Below, piece by piece: positions 29,312 to 38,379 of a stretch of DNA of 64,000 nucleotides. Both the position numbers and the translations under genes were made by a program. The notes beneath the pieces were generated by a model. That model searched no databases. It was not told the DNA's origin and was given only the letters and a program-made list of their open reading frames with translations. Every line of letters starts with the position of its first letter. The first letter of the stretch is position 1. The stretch is from the NCBI GenBank assembly GCA_031553555.1, contig JAVBLL010000008.1, positions 5,662 to 69,661 on the forward strand, read 5' to 3'. Source of the DNA: Bacilli bacterium (lineage in GTDB: Bacteria; Bacillota_I; Bacilli_A; ML615J-28; CAG-698).

Positions 29312-30052
29312 CTTCAAAATACATTTTGATAGTAATGAATTAAATCTTCTAAAAAATATAATATTTATATATCAAGTAATGAAAGAAGTTATTGTTATTC
29401 ATCTGCTAATAAAAAAATCATATATGATTTTGGAGTTCCAAACTATTTTGAGTTTCTCGATTTCGTTTGGCATGGTGGCAGTTGGAAAAGTTTAATGATA
29501 AATTTTATAGACTGGTTTTTAATAGAATATGCTTGCGAAAACGAAAAATTATTAGAAATAAAACTTTCTTTTTCAAATGAGATGAAAACGAATTATATAG
29601 GTCCTTTTAAAAATAATCTTTATGTTAATGGGAATCATTCTGGAACCCACATGTGGTGGCAAATTATTGAATTAATTGGTTTACTTAATCGCGAAATTGA
29701 TTCGGACGCTAATTTGTTCATTCATTATCCATCTTTTGTAGAACCACCAGACATTGTTACTTTAATTTGGAAAAAAGAAATTAACCTCTTCAAAAAATAT
29801 TTATCCGATATTGGTTACAAAAGCGATGTAATAGAGAAGTTTGTTAATTGTGCAAAAAAAATTAACACTTTGTACAAATCAATTACTCCTAATTATCTTT
29901 TCTTTACACAAGATAGATTAAGTGATGTTTATAACTCGATTTCTAGACTAAAACAACGATATAATTATTTATTTAAAGATAATTTTCTAGATTTTAAAAA
30001 AGAAATTTTTTATGAAGATATTTCTTTTAAGGAGGTAAGGTATAATGGGTGA
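29301..30052 (+). pseudogene. Hypothetical protein split by a -1 frameshift at A6 (29351-29356); about 250 aa if joined
   Basis: GGAG RBS plus ATG 29301; the 29495 frame is open back to the A tract (K-YNIYISSNERSYC..WHGGSWKSLMINF). Confidence 0.7.
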
Positions 30053-30682
30053 ATTTAGGGGAACACTCGGTGATTTGCAAAAATATATAAATCCATATAT
30101 TCTAACTTTGATAAAAAAAGAAATTTAAATGTAGACCCGCATAATCTTAATTCAATTGTTTATGACTATTTAACGAAAGAATATAAACCATTACCCGGAG
30201 ATGTGTATTTTTTAAATTTAAATGTTTTTTGTGATTATCTTGTTGAAAAAATTGCTGATAATAATGCTAATTGTTATGAGAAGATTTGCAATGACAGTGT
30301 AGATAATAAGAATTCAACTATGCAATATCAATCAAAAAATAATGCTATATTGCCGTTTGAGTTATTGTTCAAGAAGGAAGAAGAATCTATACAAAAATAT
30401 GTTAAAAGATTATTTACTCTGTTATATGATAATAACTACCTCGATGATAAAACATTAATAATGCTCCAGGATAAAATTTATTGTCGGCTTGCTTTCGGTA
30501 TTGATTACCCATTGCTCATTACAGACGCAAGGGAAATTAAAGACAAAAAGGGCCATAATAGATATTGGACGAAATTTAAATTAAATGACACGTATTATGT
30601 TTGCAGTGAGTGGTGGAAAGACAAATTTCATATTTATGAGCAGCTTTTACATGATTGGATTAATATGAAATTTGGTGGTTAG
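30045..30682 (+). pseudogene. Hypothetical protein split by a -1 frameshift near A7 (30113-30119)
   Basis: GGAGGT RBS plus ATG 30045 gives MGEFRGTLGDLQKYINPYI.. stopping after 27 aa; the 30203 frame is open upstream through the A tract. Confidence 0.6.
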
Positions 30683-30873
30683 CATTGATACATAAAAGTT
30701 ATTAAATAAATTGTTCGCTATGATGACAACCAACTTGCTTATTAACTAGTTTAAATTGCATTACTAGTGAAAACGGAAGAAAAATGTCGAAAAGACATCA
30801 AAAAACACCGAAAAAAATATGTTACTTTGCTAGTCTCAGTAAGCGATTTTTCAGCACTTTGGTGGTCATGGTG

Positions 30874-30909
30874 CACATTGCGACTATCGTATTGCTTTAT
30901 AGAATATAA
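30874..30909 (+). repeat. Spare rlmD 3' end, copy 2 (att-like junction)
   Basis: Reads HIATIVLLYRI*; 21-nt exact match to copy 1. Confidence 0.8.
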
Positions 30910-31050
30910 AACACCGAAAATGACCTAAAATAGGCTGGAAATAGTATAAATCAGCAATAAAAAATTATTGGTTATCAGTTACTAATTAGTATTGAAACTA
31001 CATAATTACTATATAAAACTGGAAACATAAAATGAGGAAAAGAGTATTTA

Positions 31051-31704
31051 ATGAATATAAAAAATAATGAGTTAGAAATATGTAGAGCTTATAGTGAGTT
31101 TTATAAAAAAATTAAAGATACTATTCTAGTAAAAGAAAATATTGATTTGTCAAAGACAGATGTCACGGAAGCAGTATTGATAAGAATGTTTACTTATTAT
31201 GTTAATCAAGAGATTAATAAAATTATTCTTGGTAAGGGCAGAATGCAAAGTGCATCAGATTTTTTTGTAGAAACAATCTTATATTATTTACATAAGGTTT
31301 TGGATGATAAACTTACTATTTATTCAGAAAGAACAATATCTAAGGGATTTATGCCAGATATATCTATATGGAAAGATAGTGAATGTATTGCAATAATTGA
31401 ATGTAAAACACAGCTGGGATATAACAGAAGCGGATATCTTGAACAACATTTACAAAGGAAAAGGTTACTTCAGCAAATATTTCCAAATGCTAATTCTTAT
31501 TTGTTAGTAATGACAAATAAGAATTGGGGAAAAAATAATGGATTTACTCAACAAGATAGAATAGAATGCCCGAATGAATTGTTTAGTTTATGTAGAAGTT
31601 GGCCATCTCAAGTTGATACGACTAATATTGTCAATTACATTCAAGATAGATTTGAAGATTTATTAATGAAGTTTTCATTTGAAAATATAAAACAAAATGA
31701 TTAA
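31051..31704 (+). CDS. PD-(D/E)XK restriction-endonuclease-fold protein
   Basis: SER....FMPDISIW....IAIIECKTQLG catalytic pattern. Confidence 0.7.
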   Translation: MNIKNNELEICRAYSEFYKKIKDTILVKENIDLSKTDVTEAVLIRMFTYYVNQEINKIILGKGRMQSASDFFVETILYYLHKVLDDKLTIYSERTISKGFMPDISIWKDSECIAIIECKTQLGYNRSGYLEQHLQRKRLLQQIFPNANSYLLVMTNKNWGKNNGFTQQDRIECPNELFSLCRSWPSQVDTTNIVNYIQDRFEDLLMKFSFENIKQND

Positions 31705-31730
31705 AAGTATTTTGCAAGGAGGAAAAGCAA

Positions 31731-31973
31731 ATGAGCAAAATGTCAAGAAGTGATTTTAAAATGTTAAAAGGTCAGAAAGTAACATTGCAAGTAGTAGAAT
31801 ACGGAGAAGATTCTAAAGTTAAGATCGTTTCATATGGGGAGGATGTTTCATATAAGAAAGCAAGTTATGGCTCATCTAGTAAAACTATTAAAATAAAAAT
31901 TGTTACTTACGGAGAAGATGTAAAATTAAAAGAAGTAACTTATGGTGGAGATTTTGAAGCCATTATAAAATAG
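31731..31973 (+). CDS. 80-aa protein made of five imperfect [KQE]xV[ST]YGED repeats
   Basis: Strong AAGGAGG RBS; VVEYGED, IVSYGED, KASYGSS, IVTYGED, EVTYGGD. Confidence 0.8.
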   Translation: MSKMSRSDFKMLKGQKVTLQVVEYGEDSKVKIVSYGEDVSYKKASYGSSSKTIKIKIVTYGEDVKLKEVTYGGDFEAIIK

Positions 31974-32019
31974 TGAAAATTTCATTGGCGGCTTTTAAAA
32001 CAAAAGGATAATCTTGCTG

Positions 32020-32057
32020 CATGTTGATATGATAGTATTGTATTTAGCCAAAAATAA
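32020..32057 (+). repeat. Spare rlmD 3' end, copy 3 (degenerate)
   Basis: TGCATGTTGATATGATAGTATTG (HVDMIVL) matches copy 1 at 17/23 nt. Confidence 0.5.
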
Positions 32058-32162
32058 TAAAACAATATTAAAGTACAATAAGAATAAAATCTCAAACGAC
32101 ATTTATGATTAAATAAAAATGAAAGAAGTATAAATAGAAAGTTAATTAACGAGGTGAATTAA

Positions 32163-35100
32163 TTGGAGTTAGTATTAAAAGAATTTTGTAATAGTAGTTT
32201 GAATAACAGAAAACTTTTGCTTTTAACTGCTCCAACAGGCTCACGAAAAACAACTGCTGTTAGAAAATACATTGTTGAAAATTATCAAAAATACTGCGCA
32301 GAAGGCAAAAAAATATTTTTCATTACGCAACTAAAAAAGAATTTGCCATATGAAGAGTTAGAAGAAGATTTTAAAAAGGCTGGAATGCATGAAAACTTTC
32401 TGAAAGATGTAATGTTTGTTGACAATAATGCTGATACAGTAATAAATAGTTTTTTAAAACAAAATATTGAGGTTCCACAAAAAGAGTTTACTACTCTGAA
32501 AATATTTAAGCATTTAAATAACTATAAATATAAATTAAATGAATTAGATAAAAATTATAGCGAAGACAAAGCAGATAATTTGAATAATTTAAAAGAGAGA
32601 ATAGTAGAAGAATTTGAACCTGAATTGAGACGAAAAATATTAGCTCATTTATCAATTAAATGTAAAACTGAAAGTGAAAGAAGAAATTTAATAATTAATG
32701 GTGAATTAAGTTGGGTATCAAAGTTATATCCAACTGTATTTACTAGCATGAAAAAAGTTTTAATGATGTCAATAGATAAATTCCTATCTAAACATACTAC
32801 GTTTATAGAGAATGCTTATTTTTTTAATGAACATAAATCAACAGAAGGCGCAATCATTTTCATTGATGAATTTGATGCTGCAAAGAATGTTATTCAAAAA
32901 AATCAAATAAATTTGGGAATGCAAGGAAAAGTAAATTTGATTCAGTTATTTACAAAAATATATAAAAGTCTAACTACAATGAATTTTACACAAGAGATAT
33001 TACAAGACGGAAAAGAATTTCAATATAGTGATGAACAATTTACACCGTTAGAAATAAGGGACGGCATGAAGAAATTTGCAGATGAAATATTTAATGAATT
33101 TCATTTACATAATTTTTATAAATTACAAAATGACAGAGATGACAAAAGAATTGAAAGTGAAAATTCAGAAAATAATTTTTTGTTTTATGATGTAAATTTT
33201 CATTCTATTTTATCGAAAGCAGATTCAAACATTCACATAGATTTTAAAGAGAATATTAATAATTTTGTTTTAGAAAAAAAGTTGGATGATAAATATTTGC
33301 TTTTTAATTTAATAGATAGGTTGAATACTTTTATTGATTATTTTGTTAGGGGAATTCATTGGTGGACAATTAGATATCAGTCTATAAAAAATAAGCATAG
33401 GAAAGAAAATGATTTTTCTATGGACTATGCTAGGAGAAGCATTTTATCAGAATTTGGACTTGATTCAAACGAAAAAGAATGGATTACTAGAAAAATACAT
33501 TCAATATTTAAGTCAGCTAACAATAATTTTTCTGAATCAAGTTGTTATTATGATGATGGCATTTCTTTCTATCATTTTATTGATAGCGACAATCATGCCT
33601 CCATTACTAATATAAATTATTATAATTTTGAGATTACTCCAGAAAAGTATCTTTTAAATCTTTTGGATAATGCAAGAATAATTGGTATATCTGCAACAGC
33701 AGATGTCAAAACTGTTCTAGGCAATTTTAATATTGATTATTTAAAGTCATCATTGGATGCACGATATTATAAGTTGTCTAGTGAAGATATGAATAGAATG
33801 ACTGATAAATTTGTTGCTCAAAAAAATGAAAGTAACAAATATGAGATATTAGTAAAACATATTGAATCAGTGAACGAAGAAATCGATTTAAGCCAATATA
33901 TAAAACAAAAGCTAAATAATGAGTTTAATTCTGGAGACTATATTATCGATAGATATATTAGAACTTACAATGTGATTGAGTTGTTCGTTAAAAATGATTG
34001 TAAAGCTTTTATTTGTTTTATGAATCTTCATATGAATAATGAAGAAAAATTTAACGAAAAATTAATTAGAACATTTTGGAATGATATATTAATTAAATAT
34101 AATAAAAACATTGATGAATATGGATTATATAACCTAAAAACATATAATTATAATGTTGAAAAGAAAAAAGTTCATGATGATCTAGCTAACAATAAAAAAG
34201 TATTGTTATTTTCAACATACCAAACAATTGGTGCTGGACAAAATATACAATATACAATTGATAATAACATTGAAAATGATGCATATATATCTGAAGAAGA
34301 TATAATTGAAGAATTTACAAATAAAAAAGATTTTGATGGCATATATATTGATTGTCCTACTAATGTAATTGTAAATATGAATGATTATGTTACTGAAGAA
34401 AACTTTATTAAATATTTACTTCAAATGGAAGATTTAAAAGAGAATATTGAAATATCGGATGATATGGCATTGCATAATATAAAATCAGCATTTAAAAAAC
34501 ATTACGATAATAAGCATATAAAGTTTGGTTCTCTGGAAAACACTTCAAGTTATGGAAGATTTATATACAAAACTTTTGTACAAGCGACAGGTAGAATTTG
34601 TCGAACAAATAACAAAAATAATAAAGTTTACATATTATTGCATGATAAAGTTTGTAGGGAATTGGCAAAATTTGAAGATGAAATAAAAGATTTTCAAAAT
34701 AATGAAATTAATTCAGCAATAAGATATTGTCTAGATAATTTTGCGAATAAAAAAGAAAATGTAGAAATAAATGAAGATATTATCAAAAATGAAGAAAACA
34801 ACAAATATTTGAAGTACTTAATGGAAAATTTTCGCAAGGATGAGAACATTCGAAAAGAGTGGATTGAATTACGTGATTTTGTTTTGAAATATCCTTTAGT
34901 ACACTCTGAGGAAGCACTTTGTAAAACAAAATATAAAATACAATTACACAAATTTTTTGATAAACCAACCAACTATTATTATTTCGATTATTTAAATAAA
35001 AGCCAACATAATTTAAGAAAAATAAGTAAGCACAAAGACAAATTAAATAGAGAATTTTCTTATACTAAAGCTAGAATAGATAAAATATTGAAAATTCCAG

Positions 35101-35585
35101 GAATTATAGAGTTCTTTAAAGATAATGGATATAAATTTTATTTTGACCAATCTAGTTTTTTACTAATGCCAGAAATATTTGATAGAATTTATTTAGGCGC
35201 ATTAGGTGAGCTTGTAGGAAAGTATATCTTGAAAGAAAACAAAATATTTACATATGAAATTCCAGAATTAGAATTATTTGAAATATTTGATGGTAAACTA
35301 AGCGATGACATTTTTGTTGATTTTAAATTTCATAACGAAACAAGTGGAATTAACAGAAGAAAATTAAATGAAATACGCAAGAAAAAAAAGAAATGCAATG
35401 CAAAAATTGTTATCATCATCAATATTCTTGGTACTGGAAAATATGAGATGAATAGTATCGAAAAAGAAGGAATATTTTTTATTCCGGCATTATTCAATAC
35501 AGAAGATAATAGATATGCAAAAGAAAATATTGAAAAAATAAAGTCTTTAATAATTGAATTTGAAAAGAAATATAAATTTGTTTAA
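32163..35585 (+). CDS. Large SF2 helicase-like protein with C-terminal PD-(D/E)XK nuclease
   Basis: APTGSRKT (Walker A variant), IDEFD, GISATA, QATGRICRT; GALGE...FD...VDFK nuclease; TTG start after GAGGTG. Confidence 0.8.
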   Translation: MELVLKEFCNSSLNNRKLLLLTAPTGSRKTTAVRKYIVENYQKYCAEGKKIFFITQLKKNLPYEELEEDFKKAGMHENFLKDVMFVDNNADTVINSFLKQNIEVPQKEFTTLKIFKHLNNYKYKLNELDKNYSEDKADNLNNLKERIVEEFEPELRRKILAHLSIKCKTESERRNLIINGELSWVSKLYPTVFTSMKKVLMMSIDKFLSKHTTFIENAYFFNEHKSTEGAIIFIDEFDAAKNVIQKNQINLGMQGKVNLIQLFTKIYKSLTTMNFTQEILQDGKEFQYSDEQFTPLEIRDGMKKFADEIFNEFHLHNFYKLQNDRDDKRIESENSENNFLFYDVNFHSILSKADSNIHIDFKENINNFVLEKKLDDKYLLFNLIDRLNTFIDYFVRGIHWWTIRYQSIKNKHRKENDFSMDYARRSILSEFGLDSNEKEWITRKIHSIFKSANNNFSESSCYYDDGISFYHFIDSDNHASITNINYYNFEITPEKYLLNLLDNARIIGISATADVKTVLGNFNIDYLKSSLDARYYKLSSEDMNRMTDKFVAQKNESNKYEILVKHIESVNEEIDLSQYIKQKLNNEFNSGDYIIDRYIRTYNVIELFVKNDCKAFICFMNLHMNNEEKFNEKLIRTFWNDILIKYNKNIDEYGLYNLKTYNYNVEKKKVHDDLANNKKVLLFSTYQTIGAGQNIQYTIDNNIENDAYISEEDIIEEFTNKKDFDGIYIDCPTNVIVNMNDYVTEENFIKYLLQMEDLKENIEISDDMALHNIKSAFKKHYDNKHIKFGSLENTSSYGRFIYKTFVQATGRICRTNNKNNKVYILLHDKVCRELAKFEDEIKDFQNNEINSAIRYCLDNFANKKENVEINEDIIKNEENNKYLKYLMENFRKDENIRKEWIELRDFVLKYPLVHSEEALCKTKYKIQLHKFFDKPTNYYYFDYLNKSQHNLRKISKHKDKLNREFSYTKARIDKILKIPGIIEFFKDNGYKFYFDQSSFLLMPEIFDRIYLGALGELVGKYILKENKIFTYEIPELELFEIFDGKLSDDIFVDFKFHNETSGINRRKLNEIRKKKKKCNAKIVIIINILGTGKYEMNSIEKEGIFFIPALFNTEDNRYAKENIEKIKSLIIEFEKKYKFV

Positions 35586-35687
35586 TAGACCACTATTTCA
35601 ATATTGATAATTAAACATTGCAATATAATCTATGATTTTGATATCAATTATTAATGAATAAAAATTAAACGATAAAAAGAGGATTTT

Positions 35688-36326
35688 ATGAATGAAAAAG
35701 TAAGTTTTGCAAAGAAACATCCAAAATGGAATTTATTTATTGGAGTGTGCTTGCTATTATTTTTAATAGGCCTGACCGGAGGAGCAATATACCTTGTAAT
35801 CATGATATTAGGAAATTGGATATCGAAAATTGTAGAATGGTTTACTACAATTTCGTCTACAATTGACGCAGTTGTGTTGGTTGCATTAATCACTGGAGCT
35901 ATGTCAATTACTGGAATAATAATATCCTCTATTATTGCTAAGATTGTAGATTATAAACATAAAAGAAGAGAATACCTTACTCAAAAAAGAGAAAAGTCAT
36001 ATGGAGAATTTGTTGATATGGTATATAAAATTCAATTAAATGGAAAAAACGGATATGAATATTCACAAAAAGAAATGCAAACCGATTTATCAAAATTTTC
36101 AAAAGATATAACTCTTTGGGGCTCGTCAAAAGTAATTAAAAAATGGGTAGAATTTAGAGGGAACGGACTAAATCCCAATGATGCAGGAAAAATTCTTTTT
36201 GTATTAGAAGAAATAATGAATGAAATGCGAAAAGATTTAGGCTTAAAAAAAGTAAAAAAAGGTGATTTATTATCCTTTTTCATAAATGATATAAAGAAAA
36301 CTATGAAACGTGGAAACACAAAGTAA
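35688..36326 (+). CDS. Hypothetical membrane protein (2 N-terminal TM helices plus helical domain)
   Basis: Two hydrophobic stretches; AGAGG RBS. Confidence 0.75.
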   Translation: MNEKVSFAKKHPKWNLFIGVCLLLFLIGLTGGAIYLVIMILGNWISKIVEWFTTISSTIDAVVLVALITGAMSITGIIISSIIAKIVDYKHKRREYLTQKREKSYGEFVDMVYKIQLNGKNGYEYSQKEMQTDLSKFSKDITLWGSSKVIKKWVEFRGNGLNPNDAGKILFVLEEIMNEMRKDLGLKKVKKGDLLSFFINDIKKTMKRGNTK

Positions 36327-36467
36327 TAATTGTCAATATTTTTAAAACTATTTTATTAGCGTTTTATCAAAAAGTCTAGATGAATTAATTGTTTATATAT
36401 AATAAAAACAATTTGAACAAATAAAAATTAATGTTAAAATAAATAATATTATAAAGAAAGTAAAACT

Positions 36468-38285
36468 ATGAAATATCAAATATTAAAAAATGTATTCGGC
36501 TACAATTTATTTAGAGATGGACAAGAAGAAGTAATAGATTCACTTATTAACAAAAGGGATTGCTTATCTATTATGCCAACTGGTGCTGGAAAATCTATTT
36601 GTTATCAAATACCAGCTATATTAAATGAAGGAGTGACAATTGTTGTTTCACCTTTAATATCTTTAATGGATGATCAAGTGAGGCAGTTAAAGGATTCTGG
36701 AATAAGTTGTGCTTTTTTAAATTCTTCTCTTAATAGTTTTGAATTTAAAAATACATTATTAAATGCATATAATGGTAATTATAAATTGATATATGTAGCT
36801 CCAGAAAGATTATTATTAGAAACGTTTATAAAATTTTCTAATGCGATTAATATAAATATGCTCATTATAGATGAAGCACATTGTATTTCTATGTGGGGAC
36901 CTGACTTCAGACCATCATATTTAAAAATAAATGAATATCTAAAAAAATTAAATATTAGACCAGTGATAGGTGCTTTTACTGCTACTGCCACAAAAAATGT
37001 TAAAGAAGATATTATTAATATTCTTGGTTTAATCAATCCTAAAATTATTAATACTGGTTATAATCGCAAAAACTTATTTTTTTCTGTGGAAGTAGGAAAA
37101 GATAAAGATAATAAGCTAATAAACTATTTAAAAAATAATGAAAATAAAACAGGAATAATATATGTTTCAACAAGAGACTTAGTTGAGAGTGTTTGTGAAT
37201 TATTGAGTGTTAAGGGATTTAAGGCAACAAGATATCATGCTGGATTAAGTGATGAAGAGAAGAAACAAAATCATCATGATTTTATTTATGATGTAAAAAA
37301 CATTATGGTTGCGACTAATGCTTTCGGAATGGGTATTAATAAATCAAATGTCAATTATGTAATACATTATAATATGCCTAAAGACATTGAAGCATATTAT
37401 CAAGAGGCTGGAAGAGCAGGACGTGATGGAACAGATGCGGAATGTATTTTATATTATAATGGAAAAGACTATAATACTCAAATGTATTTCATTAATACAA
37501 TGGAAAACAAAAATGAATATGACGAAGAAAATATTGAAGCAATCAAAGAAATGCGCATTACTAAATTGAATGCTATAGTTAGTTATTGTAAAACAACAAG
37601 TTGTTTAAGAAAATATATTTTAAATTATTTTGGGGAACAAACAACTAATTTTTGTGATAATTGCTCCAATTGTAAATCTGACTATGAGACTTTAGATATT
37701 ACAGAGCAGTCAAAGATTATTATTCAATGTGTTTTAGAAGTTTGTAAAAGGATGCCACTTGGAGAGACAATGATTGTTGATGCATTAAGAGGAAGTAAAA
37801 ATCAAAAAATTGTTAAATTCAATTTAGAAAACAATTCAAAGTACGCCGCTCTTACCAGTTATAGTACAGAGCAAGTAAAAACAATTATAAATTTTTTATA
37901 TGAACAAGAATATCTTTTAAAGCGTAATAGTGAATATCCAACAATAGTAGTCACAAAACTTGGTGAAGAATTATTAGAATCCAATGAATTATGTTTAATG
38001 AAGACTATTAAAAATACTGATAAATTAACCAAAATTATTGAAACTAGCCAAATATATAATAATGATTTGTTTTATAAATTAAAAGAGTTAAGGTCAAAAT
38101 TAGCAAATATTGAAAAAGTACCTGCCTATATTGTTTTTCATGATTCCACATTAAAAGAAATGGCGGAAAAAAGTCCAAAAACAGAAAATGAAATGTTAGA
38201 TATATCTGGAGTTGGACAAGTGAAATATAATAAATATGGGCAATCATTTATTAATATGATAAATGCATATTATAGAAATAATTAA
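36468..38285 (+). CDS. recQ: ATP-dependent DNA helicase RecQ
   Basis: MPTGAGKSICYQ, DEAHCISMWGPDFRP, QEAGRAGRDG, Zn-binding CDNC, RQC and HRDC (VPAYIVFHDSTL). Confidence 0.96.
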   Translation: MKYQILKNVFGYNLFRDGQEEVIDSLINKRDCLSIMPTGAGKSICYQIPAILNEGVTIVVSPLISLMDDQVRQLKDSGISCAFLNSSLNSFEFKNTLLNAYNGNYKLIYVAPERLLLETFIKFSNAININMLIIDEAHCISMWGPDFRPSYLKINEYLKKLNIRPVIGAFTATATKNVKEDIINILGLINPKIINTGYNRKNLFFSVEVGKDKDNKLINYLKNNENKTGIIYVSTRDLVESVCELLSVKGFKATRYHAGLSDEEKKQNHHDFIYDVKNIMVATNAFGMGINKSNVNYVIHYNMPKDIEAYYQEAGRAGRDGTDAECILYYNGKDYNTQMYFINTMENKNEYDEENIEAIKEMRITKLNAIVSYCKTTSCLRKYILNYFGEQTTNFCDNCSNCKSDYETLDITEQSKIIIQCVLEVCKRMPLGETMIVDALRGSKNQKIVKFNLENNSKYAALTSYSTEQVKTIINFLYEQEYLLKRNSEYPTIVVTKLGEELLESNELCLMKTIKNTDKLTKIIETSQIYNNDLFYKLKELRSKLANIEKVPAYIVFHDSTLKEMAEKSPKTENEMLDISGVGQVKYNKYGQSFINMINAYYRNN

Positions 38286-38328
38286 ACAAAATATTTTATT
38301 GCAATATTAAATCAAACGTGAGTTTGAA

Positions 38329-38357
38329 TTGACATTTATCATCACAAATGATATTAT
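38329..38357 (+). promoter_or_regulatory. sigma-A promoter
   Basis: TTGACA-N17-TATTAT with TG extension. Confidence 0.65.
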
Positions 38358-38379
38358 TGATGTGAGTGAGGATAAGAAC

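Larger units (their letters stand above)
14427..36400. mobile_element. Composite genomic island (tandem cassettes) at the 3' end of rlmD; no integrase retained
   Basis: Accessory/defence genes between rlmD and recQ; three internal copies of an RlmD C-terminal coding segment; rlmD/rumA 3' ends are established integration sites in Firmicutes. Right boundary approximate. Confidence 0.75.

Noticed and set aside
36340-36375. Possible fourth rlmD tail before recQ (AAACTATTTTATTAGCGTTTTAT)
   Set aside because: Similarity is weak, AT-rich and lacks the HVE codons; not distinguishable from chance.
14427-36400. CRISPR array, tRNA, integrase or transposase in the island
   Set aside because: No regularly spaced repeats, cloverleaf sequence or recombinase/DDE motifs were seen.
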